Assembly: GCA_051000215.1 (NCBI GenBank)
Contig: JBPCON010000058.1
Coordinates: 1,194 to 65,193, forward strand
From: Acidimicrobiales bacterium
GTDB taxonomy: Bacteria > Actinomycetota > Acidimicrobiia > Acidimicrobiales > JACDCH01
Length of the DNA: 64,000 nucleotides
Direction: 5' to 3'
The position numbers and the translations under genes are program-made. How positions within the stretch are numbered: the stretch's first letter is position 1; the number at the start of each line of letters is the position of its first letter. Below, piece after piece: positions 1 to 9,830 of this stretch. Below the pieces are notes generated by a model that saw only the letters and a program-made list of their open reading frames with translations, was not told where the DNA came from and searched no databases.

Positions 1-348
1 GGCGACAGCGGAAACGATGTCCTGCCACGCGCTGTTGGCGCCCTTGAAGTGGAGCGGCTCGACTGCGATCTGCAGGCTCTTGGTGCCATCCGGGTTATCG
101 AACGTCTTGGAGAACTCCGTCCGGGCGCCGACCTCCTCGACACCGGCCGGCGGCGGCTTGCCCGGCGCAGGCGCGGGTCCCGGGGCCGTTGCGTCGGGTG
201 GCTGCGGAATGGACTGCGCGGCCGACACCGGGGCCGCGAGCGCCTGGCCGGCGGTCGCGACAACAGACCAGCAGACCAGCACAGCGACAAGCGATACGAC
301 GCGGCGCCTGTTGTGGCGCGCGCGTCGAGAGGCCCTGAGAACACCCAT
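1..348 (-). CDS. secreted protein, N-terminal part (gene runs off the left edge)
   Basis: Not in the ORF track (no stop inside the window). Reverse complement from ATG at 348 reads MGVLRASRRARHNRRRVVSLVAVLVCWSVVATAGQALA/APVSAAQ...EEVGARTEFSKTFDNPDGTKSLQIAVEPLHFKGANSAWQDIV. It has GC-rich third positions and a basic n-region + hydrophobic core + AxA site, i.e. a Sec signal peptide. Confidence 0.5.
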   Translation of the reverse strand, partial: MGVLRASRRARHNRRRVVSLVAVLVCWSVVATAGQALAAPVSAAQSIPQPPDATAPGPAPAPGKPPPAGVEEVGARTEFSKTFDNPDGTKSLQIAVEPLHFKGANSAWQDIVSAVA

Positions 349-860
349 AGACGGCTCCCCGCAGGATTGCTTCGAGGTCACAACCGGACGAAGCGACAAG
401 CCGACGCCAAGCTGGACTGTTCGCAGTAAACGTCACCGGCACGCTGAAACGCCATAGCCCGAACGGGCCATTTTCGGCGCCCAACCGGGCTAGTCCGAAG
501 CAACCCCTACCGCACCGCCGACGCGTCCACGCCGCGCCAGTCCGACAAATAACGGTGCACCGCCTCCGCGCTCGACGCTCGGCGCGACGCCGACGCCAAC
601 TCCGAAAACGGGTCCCCTCCGCCGCTCGCCGCGTCTGGAACCCTCACCAGATCATCGAGCGCAGCCACAACATCCCCAGGCGCCGCGACACGAATCGAAC
701 GCAGCGCCTTGCCAACCTCTTCGGGCGAACCGGCACGCAGATCGCTGGCGACTGACCGGGCCCGCGAGCAAACCCGGCGACCGGATCAGGCTTTAGCAGG
801 GTGCGGAAATAGTCGTTGAGGGTGCTCGCGATCGGTCGCGGGTTGGGGTAGACCGCGGGG

Positions 861-1709
861 ATGCGAGGCAAGCCTGAGTCCCAGTTGGCGATGCTCACGT
901 CGTTGAGCACCGAGGATCTGATCCCGGCGGATCATCCGATCCGCCGGATCCGCAAGGTCATCGAGGAGGTGCTCGTCGAGCTCGACGGCGAGTTCGAGGC
1001 GATGTACTCGCGGATCGGCCGGCCCAGCGTGCCGCCCGAGCAGCTGTTGAAGGCGACGATCCTGATGGCGTTGTACTCGATGCGTAGCGAGCGGGCGTTC
1101 TGCGAGCGGTTGAACTACGACTTGTTGTTCAAGTGGTTCCTCGATCTCCCCATCGACGCGAAAGCGTTCGACGCGACGACGTTCACGAAGAACCGCAACC
1201 GGCTCCTCGACGCTGAGATCGCTGACCGGTTCTTCGCTGCGGTGGTCCGCCAGGCGCAGCTGCGCCGCTACCTCTCCAGCGAACACTTCTCCGTCGACGG
1301 GACCCTCCTTGAAGCGTGGGCGTCGCACAAGAGCTTCAAGCCAAAAGACGACCCCGGCACCGGTGCACCCACACCGGCGGGCCGCAATGTGGAGGCCGAC
1401 TCCTTCCACGGCGACAAGCGCAGCAACCAGACCCACCGGTCCACGACCGATCCCGAGGCTCTGTTGGCCCGCAAGTCGAACAACACCGCCGCGAAGCTCT
1501 GCTACTCGGGGCACCTCCTCATGGAGAACCGCAACGCGTTGATCGTCGACGCGGAGCTCACCCAGGCCGACGGCTACGCCGAACGAGCGACCGCCCTCGA
1601 GATGCTCAAACGGCTCCCGGCCCGGACCCGCCGGCGGACCGTCGCCGCCGACAACGGCTATGACACCAAAGCGTTAGTCGCCGACTGCCGCGGTGCCCCG
1701 GTCGCGTGA
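861..1709 (+). mobile_element. IS5/IS1182-family transposase, 3'-truncated remnant
   Basis: 282-aa ORF with the typical N-terminal transposase domain (LIPADHPIRRIRKVIEEVL..., ERAFCERLNYDLLFKWFL) and the start of the DDE domain (HLLMENRNALIVDAELT, AADNGYDT). It stops where full-length relatives continue. No terminal inverted repeats were recognised. Confidence 0.75.
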
Positions 1710-1723
1710 CATCGGCACGGCCT

Positions 1724-3370
1724 TTAAGCCAGGGCAACGAGCTCGAGCAGCTCGTCGCGCCAGTAATCGAGGTCGCCGTCTGGCATCACGAGCACACGGT
1801 CGGGTTCGAGGCGTCGCACGAAGTCGGTGTCGTGGCTCACCAGGATCATGGTGCCTGGCCACGACGCGAGCGCTGCTCCGGTCGCGTCGCGCGATCCAGG
1901 GTCGAGGTTGTTCGTCGGCTCGTCGAGGAGCAGCAGGTTGTGGCGGCCAGCGACGAGTTGCGCGAGGGCGAGCTTGGTCTTCTCGCCGCCCGAGAGCGTC
2001 GAAGCGTCCTGGTGCACCTTGTCGCCGGTGAGCCCGAACATCCCGAGTAGGCGGCGCAGCTCCTCGTCACCCGGCACGCCTGATTGCTCGCGAAGGTGCT
2101 CGAGCAATGATCGGCGCGCCGTGATCCCCTCGTGCTCCTGGGCGTAGTAGCCGGCCGTCACGTTGTGCCCGAGCCGCATCGACCCCGCATCGGGCTCGGT
2201 CACACCGGCGAGGATGCGCAGCAGCGTCGTCTTGCCTGCGCCGTTGAGCCCGACGATCACGAGGCGCTCGCCTCGCCCGACGTCGAAGCTGACATCGTCG
2301 AAGACGTCGAGGGCGCCATACGACTTGGCCAGCCCATCGACCTCGAGCACGGAGCGTCCCGAAGCCGGGGGCTCGGGAAAGCGCACGTGCAGGTCGCGCT
2401 TCTTGCTCGGGGCATCGACGGCGGTGGCCTGAATGCGATCGATGCGCTTCTCGAGGCTGTGTGCCATCGCAGCCTTGGTCGCCTTGGCGCCGAAGCGGTC
2501 GACGATCTTCTGCAACCGATCGACCTCGGCCTTCTGGCGCGATGCCATCTTGGCCAGGCGCTCCTCGTCTTTGGTGCGCGCGGTGAGGTACTGGCTGTAG
2601 GTGCCCTTGTACTCGACCACGTCGCCGGTGACCGACTCGGCGGGACGATCGAGGTGGATCACTCGGGTGATGGCTTCGTCGAGCAGGCCGAGGTCGTGGC
2701 TGATGACCACGAGCGCGCCGCGGTAGCGGGTCATGTAACCGAGCAACCAGTCGCGGGCATCGTTGTCGAGGTGGTTCGTCGGCTCGTCGAGGAGGAGGAC
2801 CTCGGAGCCGGCGAAGAGGATGCGCGCCAACTCCACGCGCCGTCGCTCGCCGCCGGACAACACGTCGATCGGCAGGTCGAGACGGTCGGCGCCGAGCCCG
2901 AGACCTGCTGCGAGCGCCCGAGCCTCGGACTCTGCGGCGTAGCCGCCGGCATGTTCGAACTCGTCGTGCGCTGCGCTGTAGCGACGGACGTTGGCTTCGC
3001 TCGGATCCTCCTCGAGTCGCAGCCGCAACTTCTCGAGCCCATCAACAGCGTCGTCGAGACCGCGGCCCGACAGGATGTGCACGACCGAAGGCGTGCTCGG
3101 GTCGACGCCGTCGAGCTTCGGGTCCTGAGGCAAGTACCCGAGCTGGCCGCTCGCGTGTACCACGCCGGCCTTGGGAGCCTCACCTCCACCGAGAACCTTC
3201 AGCAGGCTCGTCTTGCCAGCTCCGTTTCGTCCCACCAACCCGACCTTGTCGCGCGCGCGCACGGTGAACGACACCTCGTCCATGAGGACGGTGCCGGCCA
3301 CCTCGACGGCGAGCCCACGCACTTGCAGCACGCTCGCCAGGATGACAGGTGCCGCCCGAGCCGCCCGCAC
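1724..3370 (-). CDS. ABC-F family ATPase (two ABC cassettes, no membrane domain)
   Basis: Two Walker A motifs (GRNGAGKTS, GLNGAGKTT), two signature motifs (LSGGERRR, LSGGEKTK) and two Walker B motifs (LLLDEPTNHLD, LLLDEPTNNLD) with a linker. The true start may be slightly downstream of 3370. Confidence 0.9.
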   Translation of the reverse strand: MRAARAAPVILASVLQVRGLAVEVAGTVLMDEVSFTVRARDKVGLVGRNGAGKTSLLKVLGGGEAPKAGVVHASGQLGYLPQDPKLDGVDPSTPSVVHILSGRGLDDAVDGLEKLRLRLEEDPSEANVRRYSAAHDEFEHAGGYAAESEARALAAGLGLGADRLDLPIDVLSGGERRRVELARILFAGSEVLLLDEPTNHLDNDARDWLLGYMTRYRGALVVISHDLGLLDEAITRVIHLDRPAESVTGDVVEYKGTYSQYLTARTKDEERLAKMASRQKAEVDRLQKIVDRFGAKATKAAMAHSLEKRIDRIQATAVDAPSKKRDLHVRFPEPPASGRSVLEVDGLAKSYGALDVFDDVSFDVGRGERLVIVGLNGAGKTTLLRILAGVTEPDAGSMRLGHNVTAGYYAQEHEGITARRSLLEHLREQSGVPGDEELRRLLGMFGLTGDKVHQDASTLSGGEKTKLALAQLVAGRHNLLLLDEPTNNLDPGSRDATGAALASWPGTMILVSHDTDFVRRLEPDRVLVMPDGDLDYWRDELLELVALA

Positions 3371-3398
3371 GCGTTGCGCTCGACGACGTCGCGCCGCG

Positions 3399-4937
3399 TC
3401 AATTCACTTGGCGCTGCTGACCCTCCCAATACGGAGCGCGCAGCTTGAACTTCTGGAGCTTGCCCGTCGCCGTGCGCGCCAACTCGGTGCGCAGCTCGAT
3501 CGCCTTCGGACACTTGTAGCCGGCCAGCTTCGTTCGCGTGTGCGCGAGCAGCTCGGCCTCCGTGACTTCGGCCCCCGGCGCGAGCACGACGAGGGCCATG
3601 ACCTTCTCGCCCCACTGCTCGTCTGGCACCCCGATCACGCAGACCTCGGCCACAGCGGGATGCGAGAACACAGCGTCCTCGACCTCGATCGAGGACACAT
3701 TCTCGCCGCCCGAGATGATCACGTCCTTCTTGCGGTCGGAGATGCTGAGGTAGCCCTCGTCGTTGAGCTCACCACCGTCGCCTGTGTGGAACCAGCCGTC
3801 GACGATCGCGTCGGCCGTCGCTTCCGGTTGATCCCAGTAGCCCTCGAGGACGTGGTTGCCGCGGGCGAGCACCTCGCCCTCCGCGTCGACACGCACTCGT
3901 ATGCCGATGGCCGGAGGACCAGCCCGGCCGAGCTTCACGGCCCGCTCGGCTGGGTCGAGCTCGTCCCACTCGGCGCGAGCGCGGTTGAACGTCAGGAGCG
4001 GTGCCGTCTCGGTCAGCCCGTAAATCTGGATGAACTCCCATCCCAGCTCGGTCTCGACGCGTTCGATCGTGCGTGTGGGAGGCGGCGCGCCAGCGACGAC
4101 GAAGCGTGTCTTGCCGCGACCAGGGACCTCGCCGTCCCACGACTGGGCAGCGTCGAGGACCATGTTCGCGACGGCGGGGGCGCCGCAGAGGATCGTCACG
4201 CCGTGCTCGTCGACGCGCCGCAGGATGTCGACCCCGTCGACTTTGCGCAGCACGACCTGCTTCGCTCCCATGGACGTGAGCGCGTAGGGCATGCCCCAAC
4301 CGTTGCAGTGGAACATCGGCAGCGTGTGGAGGTACACGTCGCGGTCGGTGATGCCGGTGTGCCAACCGAACGTCACGGCGTTCAGCCACACGTTGCGATG
4401 CGTGAGCTGCACGCCTTTGGGCCTCGCGGTCGTGCCGCTCGTGTAGTTGATCGTCGCGGTGGCGTCTTCATCGGGGTCGTCCCACGGCTGGGGTTCGCGG
4501 CCCGCGAGGTAGAGCTCGGCGTCCGTGTCGGCACCGAGCCTGAGCCGGTGCTCGCACGGGATGCCGGCGAGGGTCTCCTCGAGCTCGCTGTCGTACAGGA
4601 GCATCGACGCACCGGAGTGCTCGACGATGTAGCGGATCTCCTCGCTCGACAGCCGGAAGTTGACCGGCACGAGCACGCGGCCGTACGCGCTCACCCCGAA
4701 GAAGCTCACGAAGAGCCGCGCCGCGTTCTGGCTCACCACGGCGACGCGATCGCCATGCGCGACCCCGCGCTCGTCGAGTGCGGCGGCTTGCGCCGCGGCG
4801 AGCTCGGCGACGCGCCGGTAGGTCAGCGTTCCCAAGCCGCCACCTGGTGGCGCGGGCTCATCGACGATGCCAACGCGGTTCGGGTACACCGTCGCGGCCC
4901 GGTCGAGGTGATCGGCGACGGTCAAAGGCACTCGCAT
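3399..4937 (-). CDS. AMP-dependent acyl-CoA synthetase/ligase
   Basis: AMP-binding motif YTSGTTARPKGV, plus YGLTET and GWFHTGD...DRKKDVIISGGENV. Start set at MRVPLTVADHL (codon 41 of the track ORF). Confidence 0.9.
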   Translation of the reverse strand: MRVPLTVADHLDRAATVYPNRVGIVDEPAPPGGGLGTLTYRRVAELAAAQAAALDERGVAHGDRVAVVSQNAARLFVSFFGVSAYGRVLVPVNFRLSSEEIRYIVEHSGASMLLYDSELEETLAGIPCEHRLRLGADTDAELYLAGREPQPWDDPDEDATATINYTSGTTARPKGVQLTHRNVWLNAVTFGWHTGITDRDVYLHTLPMFHCNGWGMPYALTSMGAKQVVLRKVDGVDILRRVDEHGVTILCGAPAVANMVLDAAQSWDGEVPGRGKTRFVVAGAPPPTRTIERVETELGWEFIQIYGLTETAPLLTFNRARAEWDELDPAERAVKLGRAGPPAIGIRVRVDAEGEVLARGNHVLEGYWDQPEATADAIVDGWFHTGDGGELNDEGYLSISDRKKDVIISGGENVSSIEVEDAVFSHPAVAEVCVIGVPDEQWGEKVMALVVLAPGAEVTEAELLAHTRTKLAGYKCPKAIELRTELARTATGKLQKFKLRAPYWEGQQRQVN

Positions 4938-4978
4938 GAGGCGCGGTTCTAGTCCCCGGATCGCTAGGTTGCCGGACC

Positions 4979-5893
4979 ATGCGCATCGGCATCTTCGGAG
5001 GAGACGTGGCCGCGGCCGGCGACTTGGATGGCATCGTCGCCGGCGCCGCCGCTGCAAGGGACGACGGGTTCGCCAGCTACTGGCTCCCCCAGATCTTCGG
5101 GGTCGACGCGCTCACCGCGCTTGCCTTGATCGGACGCGAGGTGCCCGACATCGAGCTCGGCACCGCCGTCGTCCCCACCTACCCCCGGCATCCGATGATG
5201 CTGGCGGCGCAGGCGCTCACGGTGCAGCAAGCCACCGGGGGGCGCCTGGCACTGGGCATCGGCCTCTCGCACCAGTTCGTGATCGAGGCCATGTTCGGCT
5301 TGTCGTTCGCCAAGCCGATCGGCCACATGAAGGATTACCTGTCGATCCTCGGGCCCCTCCTACACGGCGAGACGGTCTCCTACACCGGCGCGCACTTGTC
5401 GACCAACGGCACCATCTCTGTGCCCGGCGCCGCACCAGCGCCGCCCATCCTCGTCGCAGCGCTCGGCACGCAGATGCTGCGTCTCACCGCACGACACGCC
5501 GAGGGGACCGTCACCTGGATGACCGGCCCGGCCACCTTGGCCGAGCACATCGTGCCGACCATCACTTCCGCAGCGAAGGAGGCCGGCCGCAGCACGCCGC
5601 CGCGCATCGTCGCCGCGCTGCCTGTGTGCGTCACCGACGATCCCGAAAGCGCTCGCGCGCTCGCCGCCCGCGCGTTCTCCGTGTATGGGGAGCTGCCCAG
5701 CTACCGCGCGATGCTCGACAAGGAGGGCGTCTCGGGGCCCGCCGATGTCGCCATCGTCGGTGCGGCAGCTGAGGTCGCCGCGGGCATCGCGAGGGTCAAG
5801 GAGGCTGGTGTGACCGAGTTCGTAGCCGTCGAGTTCGGCGCCGACCAGAGCGAACGAAAAGCAACAAGAGAAGTCCTGCAGTCCCTGCTCTGA
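4979..5893 (+). CDS. luciferase-like monooxygenase (LLM) family oxidoreductase, probably F420-dependent
   Basis: MRIGIFGG..., LGTAVVPTYPRHPMMLAAQALTVQQATGGRLALGIGLSH. Typical LLM TIM-barrel N-terminus. Cofactor inferred from family only. Confidence 0.8.
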   Translation: MRIGIFGGDVAAAGDLDGIVAGAAAARDDGFASYWLPQIFGVDALTALALIGREVPDIELGTAVVPTYPRHPMMLAAQALTVQQATGGRLALGIGLSHQFVIEAMFGLSFAKPIGHMKDYLSILGPLLHGETVSYTGAHLSTNGTISVPGAAPAPPILVAALGTQMLRLTARHAEGTVTWMTGPATLAEHIVPTITSAAKEAGRSTPPRIVAALPVCVTDDPESARALAARAFSVYGELPSYRAMLDKEGVSGPADVAIVGAAAEVAAGIARVKEAGVTEFVAVEFGADQSERKATREVLQSLL

Positions 5894-5895
5894 GA

Positions 5896-6672
5896 TCAGC
5901 GCGCTACCCAGCCACCATCGACGGCGATGATCTGGCCGGTGGTGTAGCTGCTCGCTTCACTCGCGAGGAAGAGCAGCACCCCGTCGAGCTCGTGCTCGGC
6001 GCCACCTCGCCCCATCGGACAGTTCCGACGGAGGAACCTCATCGCGTCGTCGTTGCCGAACATGTCCGCGCTGGTCATCTCGGAGGGGAACCAGCCCGGC
6101 GCAATCGCGTTGACGCGCACGCCGCGGCGCGCCCATTGACACGCAAGCTCCCGAGTGAGGTTGACGACTGCGCCCTTCGACGCGCAGTACGAGGCCTGCA
6201 TGATCGGTGCCGCAGCCACCAAGCCGAGCACCGACGCGATGTTCACGATCGAGCCGCTCCCCTGTTCGAGCATGGTGCGAGCGGTGAGCTGGGACAGCAC
6301 GAAGAGGCCGTTGAGGTTGACGTCGATGACGCGACGAAAGCCCGCCGGGTCCTCGACCTCGGCGGGCACAGGGCCGCCGATGCCGGCGTTGTTGACGAGC
6401 ACATCGATCCGTCCCGCTCCAGCATCGAGTGCTGCGGCGTGCAGGGTCTCGCAGTCAGCGTCGACGGCGACGTCGCACGTGACGGGAACGACGCGGTCGC
6501 CGAGCTCGCCGGCCAGCGCTTCGAGCCGCTCGGTGCGTCGGGCGCCGACCACGACCGTCGCCCCGGCGGCGTGCAGCACTCGGGCGAAGCGATCGCCGAG
6601 CCCGCTCGATGCGCCGGTCACGATGGCGATCCGGCCGGTGAGGGAGAAGGGGGACACGACGTCGATTGCCAT
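5896..6672 (-). CDS. SDR family oxidoreductase
   Basis: TGASSGLG Rossmann motif, NNAG, and catalytic YCASKGAV. Start at MAIDVV (codon 16 of the track ORF). Confidence 0.85.
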   Translation of the reverse strand: MAIDVVSPFSLTGRIAIVTGASSGLGDRFARVLHAAGATVVVGARRTERLEALAGELGDRVVPVTCDVAVDADCETLHAAALDAGAGRIDVLVNNAGIGGPVPAEVEDPAGFRRVIDVNLNGLFVLSQLTARTMLEQGSGSIVNIASVLGLVAAAPIMQASYCASKGAVVNLTRELACQWARRGVRVNAIAPGWFPSEMTSADMFGNDDAMRFLRRNCPMGRGGAEHELDGVLLFLASEASSYTTGQIIAVDGGWVAR

Positions 6673-6719
6673 GCGAGCGACGATACGGTGCCTTCGATGA
6701 GGTGGCGGGCGGCACACCG

Positions 6720-7619
6720 ATGAAGGTGCGCATCGGCTATGGCCTCGGCGTGCGCTCGCGCACGAACGTCGCCGCTCGCTTCAGTGCCTTCGTCGACGCG
6801 CTCGAGGCGCTGCGCTTCGATTCGTTGTGGCTCTCGGAACGTCTCACCGGCGACTGCCCCGACCCGATGATCGGGCTCGCCGTCGCCGCGGGCCGCACCG
6901 CCAAGCTGAAGCTCGGCACGTCGGTGCAGGTCTTGCCCGGCCGCAACCCGGTCGAGGTCGCGAAGCAGTGGGCGACGCTCGACCGGCTCTCGGGTGGGCG
7001 GACCCTGCCAGCGTTCGGCTTGGGCGTCGCCGACCCTCGTGAGCAACAAGCCTTCGGGGTCGAGCGCGGCGCGCGGGCGGGGCTCTTCAACGAGCTGCTT
7101 CCGTTGATCCGTCGGTTCTGGACGGAGGACGCCGTCGATCATCAGGGCCCGCGCTACACGTTCGCAGCGATGACCGTGCGCCCCAAGCCGCTCCAGCAGC
7201 CACCAGATGTGTGGCTCGGCGGGCTCGCGCCGTCGGAGCTCAAGCGTGTCGGGCGCCTTGGCGACGGGTGGTTGCCATCGTTCTGCACGCCCGACGACAT
7301 CCTGCGGGCCAGGCCAATCATCGAGGCAACGGCAGCTGAGCACGGCCGCACGTTCGACGACGAGCACTGGGGGGCGCTCGTCCCCTACTCGTCGGGGTCG
7401 CTGCCCGATGACGTGGTGGCTGCGTTGGCGGCGCGGCGACCCGACCTCGACGACATGCGCCAGGTCGTCGCAAGCGGGATCGATGGCCTGCGAGCACTGC
7501 TCGAGCAGTTCATCGCTGCAGGCGCGTCGAAGTTCGTCCTGATCCCGCTGTCCGAGCCCGATGACTGGGACGCCGAGCTCACCACCGTCGCCGAAGCCGT
7601 TCTCGACCTCGAAACCTGA
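6720..7619 (+). CDS. LLM family oxidoreductase, probably F420-dependent
   Basis: MKVRIGYGLG..., FDSLWLSERL, KLGTSVQVLPGRNPVEVAKQWATLDRLSGGR. Start at codon 19 of the track ORF. Confidence 0.8.
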   Translation: MKVRIGYGLGVRSRTNVAARFSAFVDALEALRFDSLWLSERLTGDCPDPMIGLAVAAGRTAKLKLGTSVQVLPGRNPVEVAKQWATLDRLSGGRTLPAFGLGVADPREQQAFGVERGARAGLFNELLPLIRRFWTEDAVDHQGPRYTFAAMTVRPKPLQQPPDVWLGGLAPSELKRVGRLGDGWLPSFCTPDDILRARPIIEATAAEHGRTFDDEHWGALVPYSSGSLPDDVVAALAARRPDLDDMRQVVASGIDGLRALLEQFIAAGASKFVLIPLSEPDDWDAELTTVAEAVLDLET

Positions 7620-7678
7620 CCCGCAAGGGCTGTCTGTGGTGCGCCACGGACGATCAGGGCGGCCCGTACGATCGGGCG

Positions 7679-8527
7679 ATGGACGGCTTGTCGCTCGTGC
7701 TCGGGTTGGCGAGCGCGCTGTTGGTCGCAGCCGGGCTCGCGAAGCTCGCGCGGCCGGGCCCCACGGCCGCCGCGCTGGCGGCCGTCGGCGTTGGGACTCC
7801 ATACGGCGGCGTCCGGGTGCTCGGTGGCTGCGAGGTCGCGCTCGGTGCCGCAGCATTGCTCACCGGCAACGAGGTGCTGGCGCTCGCCGTGGGCATCGCG
7901 TACGTCGCCTTCACCGGGTTCGTCGTGCTCGCTCGCCGACCCGGACGCGACGTTGTCTCGTGCGGTTGCTTCGGCACGCTCGGCGCGTCGCCCAACTGGA
8001 GTCACGTCGTGCTGAACCTGACGCTCTCGGCGGGTTCCGTCGGGGCGGCGATCGTCGGCAGCCGATCGCTGATCGAGCTGACGAGCGACCTGCCGCTCGC
8101 TGTCATGCTGGTCGGCCTCGGCGCCCTCGGCTGCTGGCTCGCGCTCGCGCATCGCATCGATGCCGTCCCCAGCGCGGCGGGCGCTGCCGGCGCCGTCGCC
8201 GACGTCGATCTGCAGACCGGGCGCACCGCGCTCGTCTTCCTCACCACGACGTGCGTGAGCTGCCGGGCGATCTGGGCGGCGCTCGGCGCGAGCCCGTCGC
8301 CGCTCCCAGCGGGGGTGCGTCCCGTTGTCGTGACGACAGGCGACGAGACCCTTGCCGCTGTGCGCGCGCTCGCTCCGCCCGGCGTGCTCACCGTTCGCGA
8401 CTCTGCGGCGTGGGCGCGTTACGGCGTTTCGGCGGCCCCGGCCGTCGTCCTCGTCGACGACGGACAGGTGGTCTCGACCGGCGTGGCCCACTCCTGGGAC
8501 GATGTCGTCGCTCTGTCGGCCAGCTGA
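7679..8527 (+). CDS. MauE/DoxX-like membrane domain fused to a thioredoxin-like CxxC domain
   Basis: The N-terminal half has 4 predicted TM helices and a CGCFG motif typical of MauE-type proteins. The C-terminal half has TTTCVSCRAIW (CxxC) in a thioredoxin-fold-like context (...APAVVLVDDGQVV). Confidence 0.65.
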   Translation: MDGLSLVLGLASALLVAAGLAKLARPGPTAAALAAVGVGTPYGGVRVLGGCEVALGAAALLTGNEVLALAVGIAYVAFTGFVVLARRPGRDVVSCGCFGTLGASPNWSHVVLNLTLSAGSVGAAIVGSRSLIELTSDLPLAVMLVGLGALGCWLALAHRIDAVPSAAGAAGAVADVDLQTGRTALVFLTTTCVSCRAIWAALGASPSPLPAGVRPVVVTTGDETLAAVRALAPPGVLTVRDSAAWARYGVSAAPAVVLVDDGQVVSTGVAHSWDDVVALSAS

Positions 8528-8539
8528 GCGACCGCGGCG

Positions 8540-9817
8540 TCAGGCGACGAGGCCCATCCGGTCGTAGGAGCCGCCGAGGATCTCGTCGGTCGGACCGCCG
8601 AGCCAGTCGAGCGCGGCGGCATACAGGCTTCGAGTGTCGGTCGCGCATTGCAAGTCGCCGTCGGCGAGCTTGGCGACGTCGACCGAGCCGTGGAGGCCGC
8701 CAGCAGCCATCGGGCCGACGACGAAATGCGCTCCGCCGTGCCCGTGGTCGGTTCCACCGCTGCCGTTCTGCTGCGCCCGGCGGCCGAACTCCGACGTCGT
8801 GATCGTCAGCACGCGCTCGGCGCGGCCCGTCCCGGCGAGCTGCGCGTAGAAGGCCTTGAGCCCGCCGGCAACGTCTCCGAGAAGCCGTTGCTGCGTGTCT
8901 GCCTGCCCGGCGTGGGTGTCGAAACCGCTCGCGGACACGAGCACGACGCGCGTACCGAGGTCGAGCTCGAGCAGCTTGGCCGCAGCCGACAGCCCTTCGG
9001 TGACGGCGCCCTTGTACTGCTCGGGGTCGTCGCCCTCGACGGGCGCAGCAGCCGAGCCGCTCGCCGAGACCTTGGCCAATACCTTCGTTGCCTCGACCGC
9101 GCCGGCGACCGCTGCCTGCGACGCGGCGAGCAGGGGGTCGGTCGAAGCGGGCGCCGACGTGGCCAAGAAAGCGTCAGCCATCGCGTTCGACCCGGCGCGC
9201 TTCGCGCCTGGTGCGTTCAGCGCGAAGGATTGGAGATCGTTGATGGCCGTCGACCTGGCGCGTTGCGCGCGCAATGCCGGAGCTGCACCTCCGCCCAGTG
9301 CGACTGCGACGAGCGGCGTGGCGTCCGGGGGCTGGGTGGCGTCGAGCCACCGCCCGAGCCAGCCGCCGGCCTGCTGGTGCTTCGGGTCGGCTGCCCACCA
9401 CGCGGCGAGCGACTCGAAGTGCGAACGGCTGTCGTCCGCGAAGCCGATGTCGGTCACGATGCCCAGATGGTGTGCGTCCCACAGGTCGCGAAGTGGGCCA
9501 AGCGATGGATGCAGGCCGACGGACGTCTCACCGGAGAGCGCGACGAGATCCGCGTCGGCGATGCCGAGGTCGGGGCGCAGGTCGTGGTAGGTGCCGATGT
9601 GCGGGACGACGGTGTTGAGCGCGTCGTTGCCGCCGGAGAGCTGCACGACGACGAGGACGTTGTCGGGGTGCCCCAGGATGCCCGGCGCGCCGTCCGACGA
9701 AGCAGACGAGCCCGTCGTCGACGAGGCGTGGTCGCGGATGAGCGCAGCCCAGCCGGCGGTCCCGGTGACGGCGGCGCCACCGGCGAGGCCGAGGAACTGA
9801 CGGCGGGTCAAAGGCAT
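8540..9817 (-). CDS. DUF1501 domain protein (sulfatase-fold, Tat-exported)
   Basis: Twin-arginine leader MPLTRRQFLGLAGGAAVTG at the chosen start. C-terminal SEFGRRAQQNGSGGTDHGHGG is typical of DUF1501. Confidence 0.85.
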   Translation of the reverse strand: MPLTRRQFLGLAGGAAVTGTAGWAALIRDHASSTTGSSASSDGAPGILGHPDNVLVVVQLSGGNDALNTVVPHIGTYHDLRPDLGIADADLVALSGETSVGLHPSLGPLRDLWDAHHLGIVTDIGFADDSRSHFESLAAWWAADPKHQQAGGWLGRWLDATQPPDATPLVAVALGGGAAPALRAQRARSTAINDLQSFALNAPGAKRAGSNAMADAFLATSAPASTDPLLAASQAAVAGAVEATKVLAKVSASGSAAAPVEGDDPEQYKGAVTEGLSAAAKLLELDLGTRVVLVSASGFDTHAGQADTQQRLLGDVAGGLKAFYAQLAGTGRAERVLTITTSEFGRRAQQNGSGGTDHGHGGAHFVVGPMAAGGLHGSVDVAKLADGDLQCATDTRSLYAAALDWLGGPTDEILGGSYDRMGLVA

Positions 9818-9830
9818 CGTTGCTGGCTCC

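Noticed and set aside
480-860. Possible C-terminal fragment of a gene disrupted by the IS (minus-strand frame ...ASDLRAGSPEEVGKALRSIRVAAPGDVVAALDDLVRV...AVHRYLSDWRGVDASAVR*)
   Set aside because: There is no start codon, no recognisable family motif, and the open stretch is short. It cannot be distinguished from a chance open frame in GC-rich DNA.
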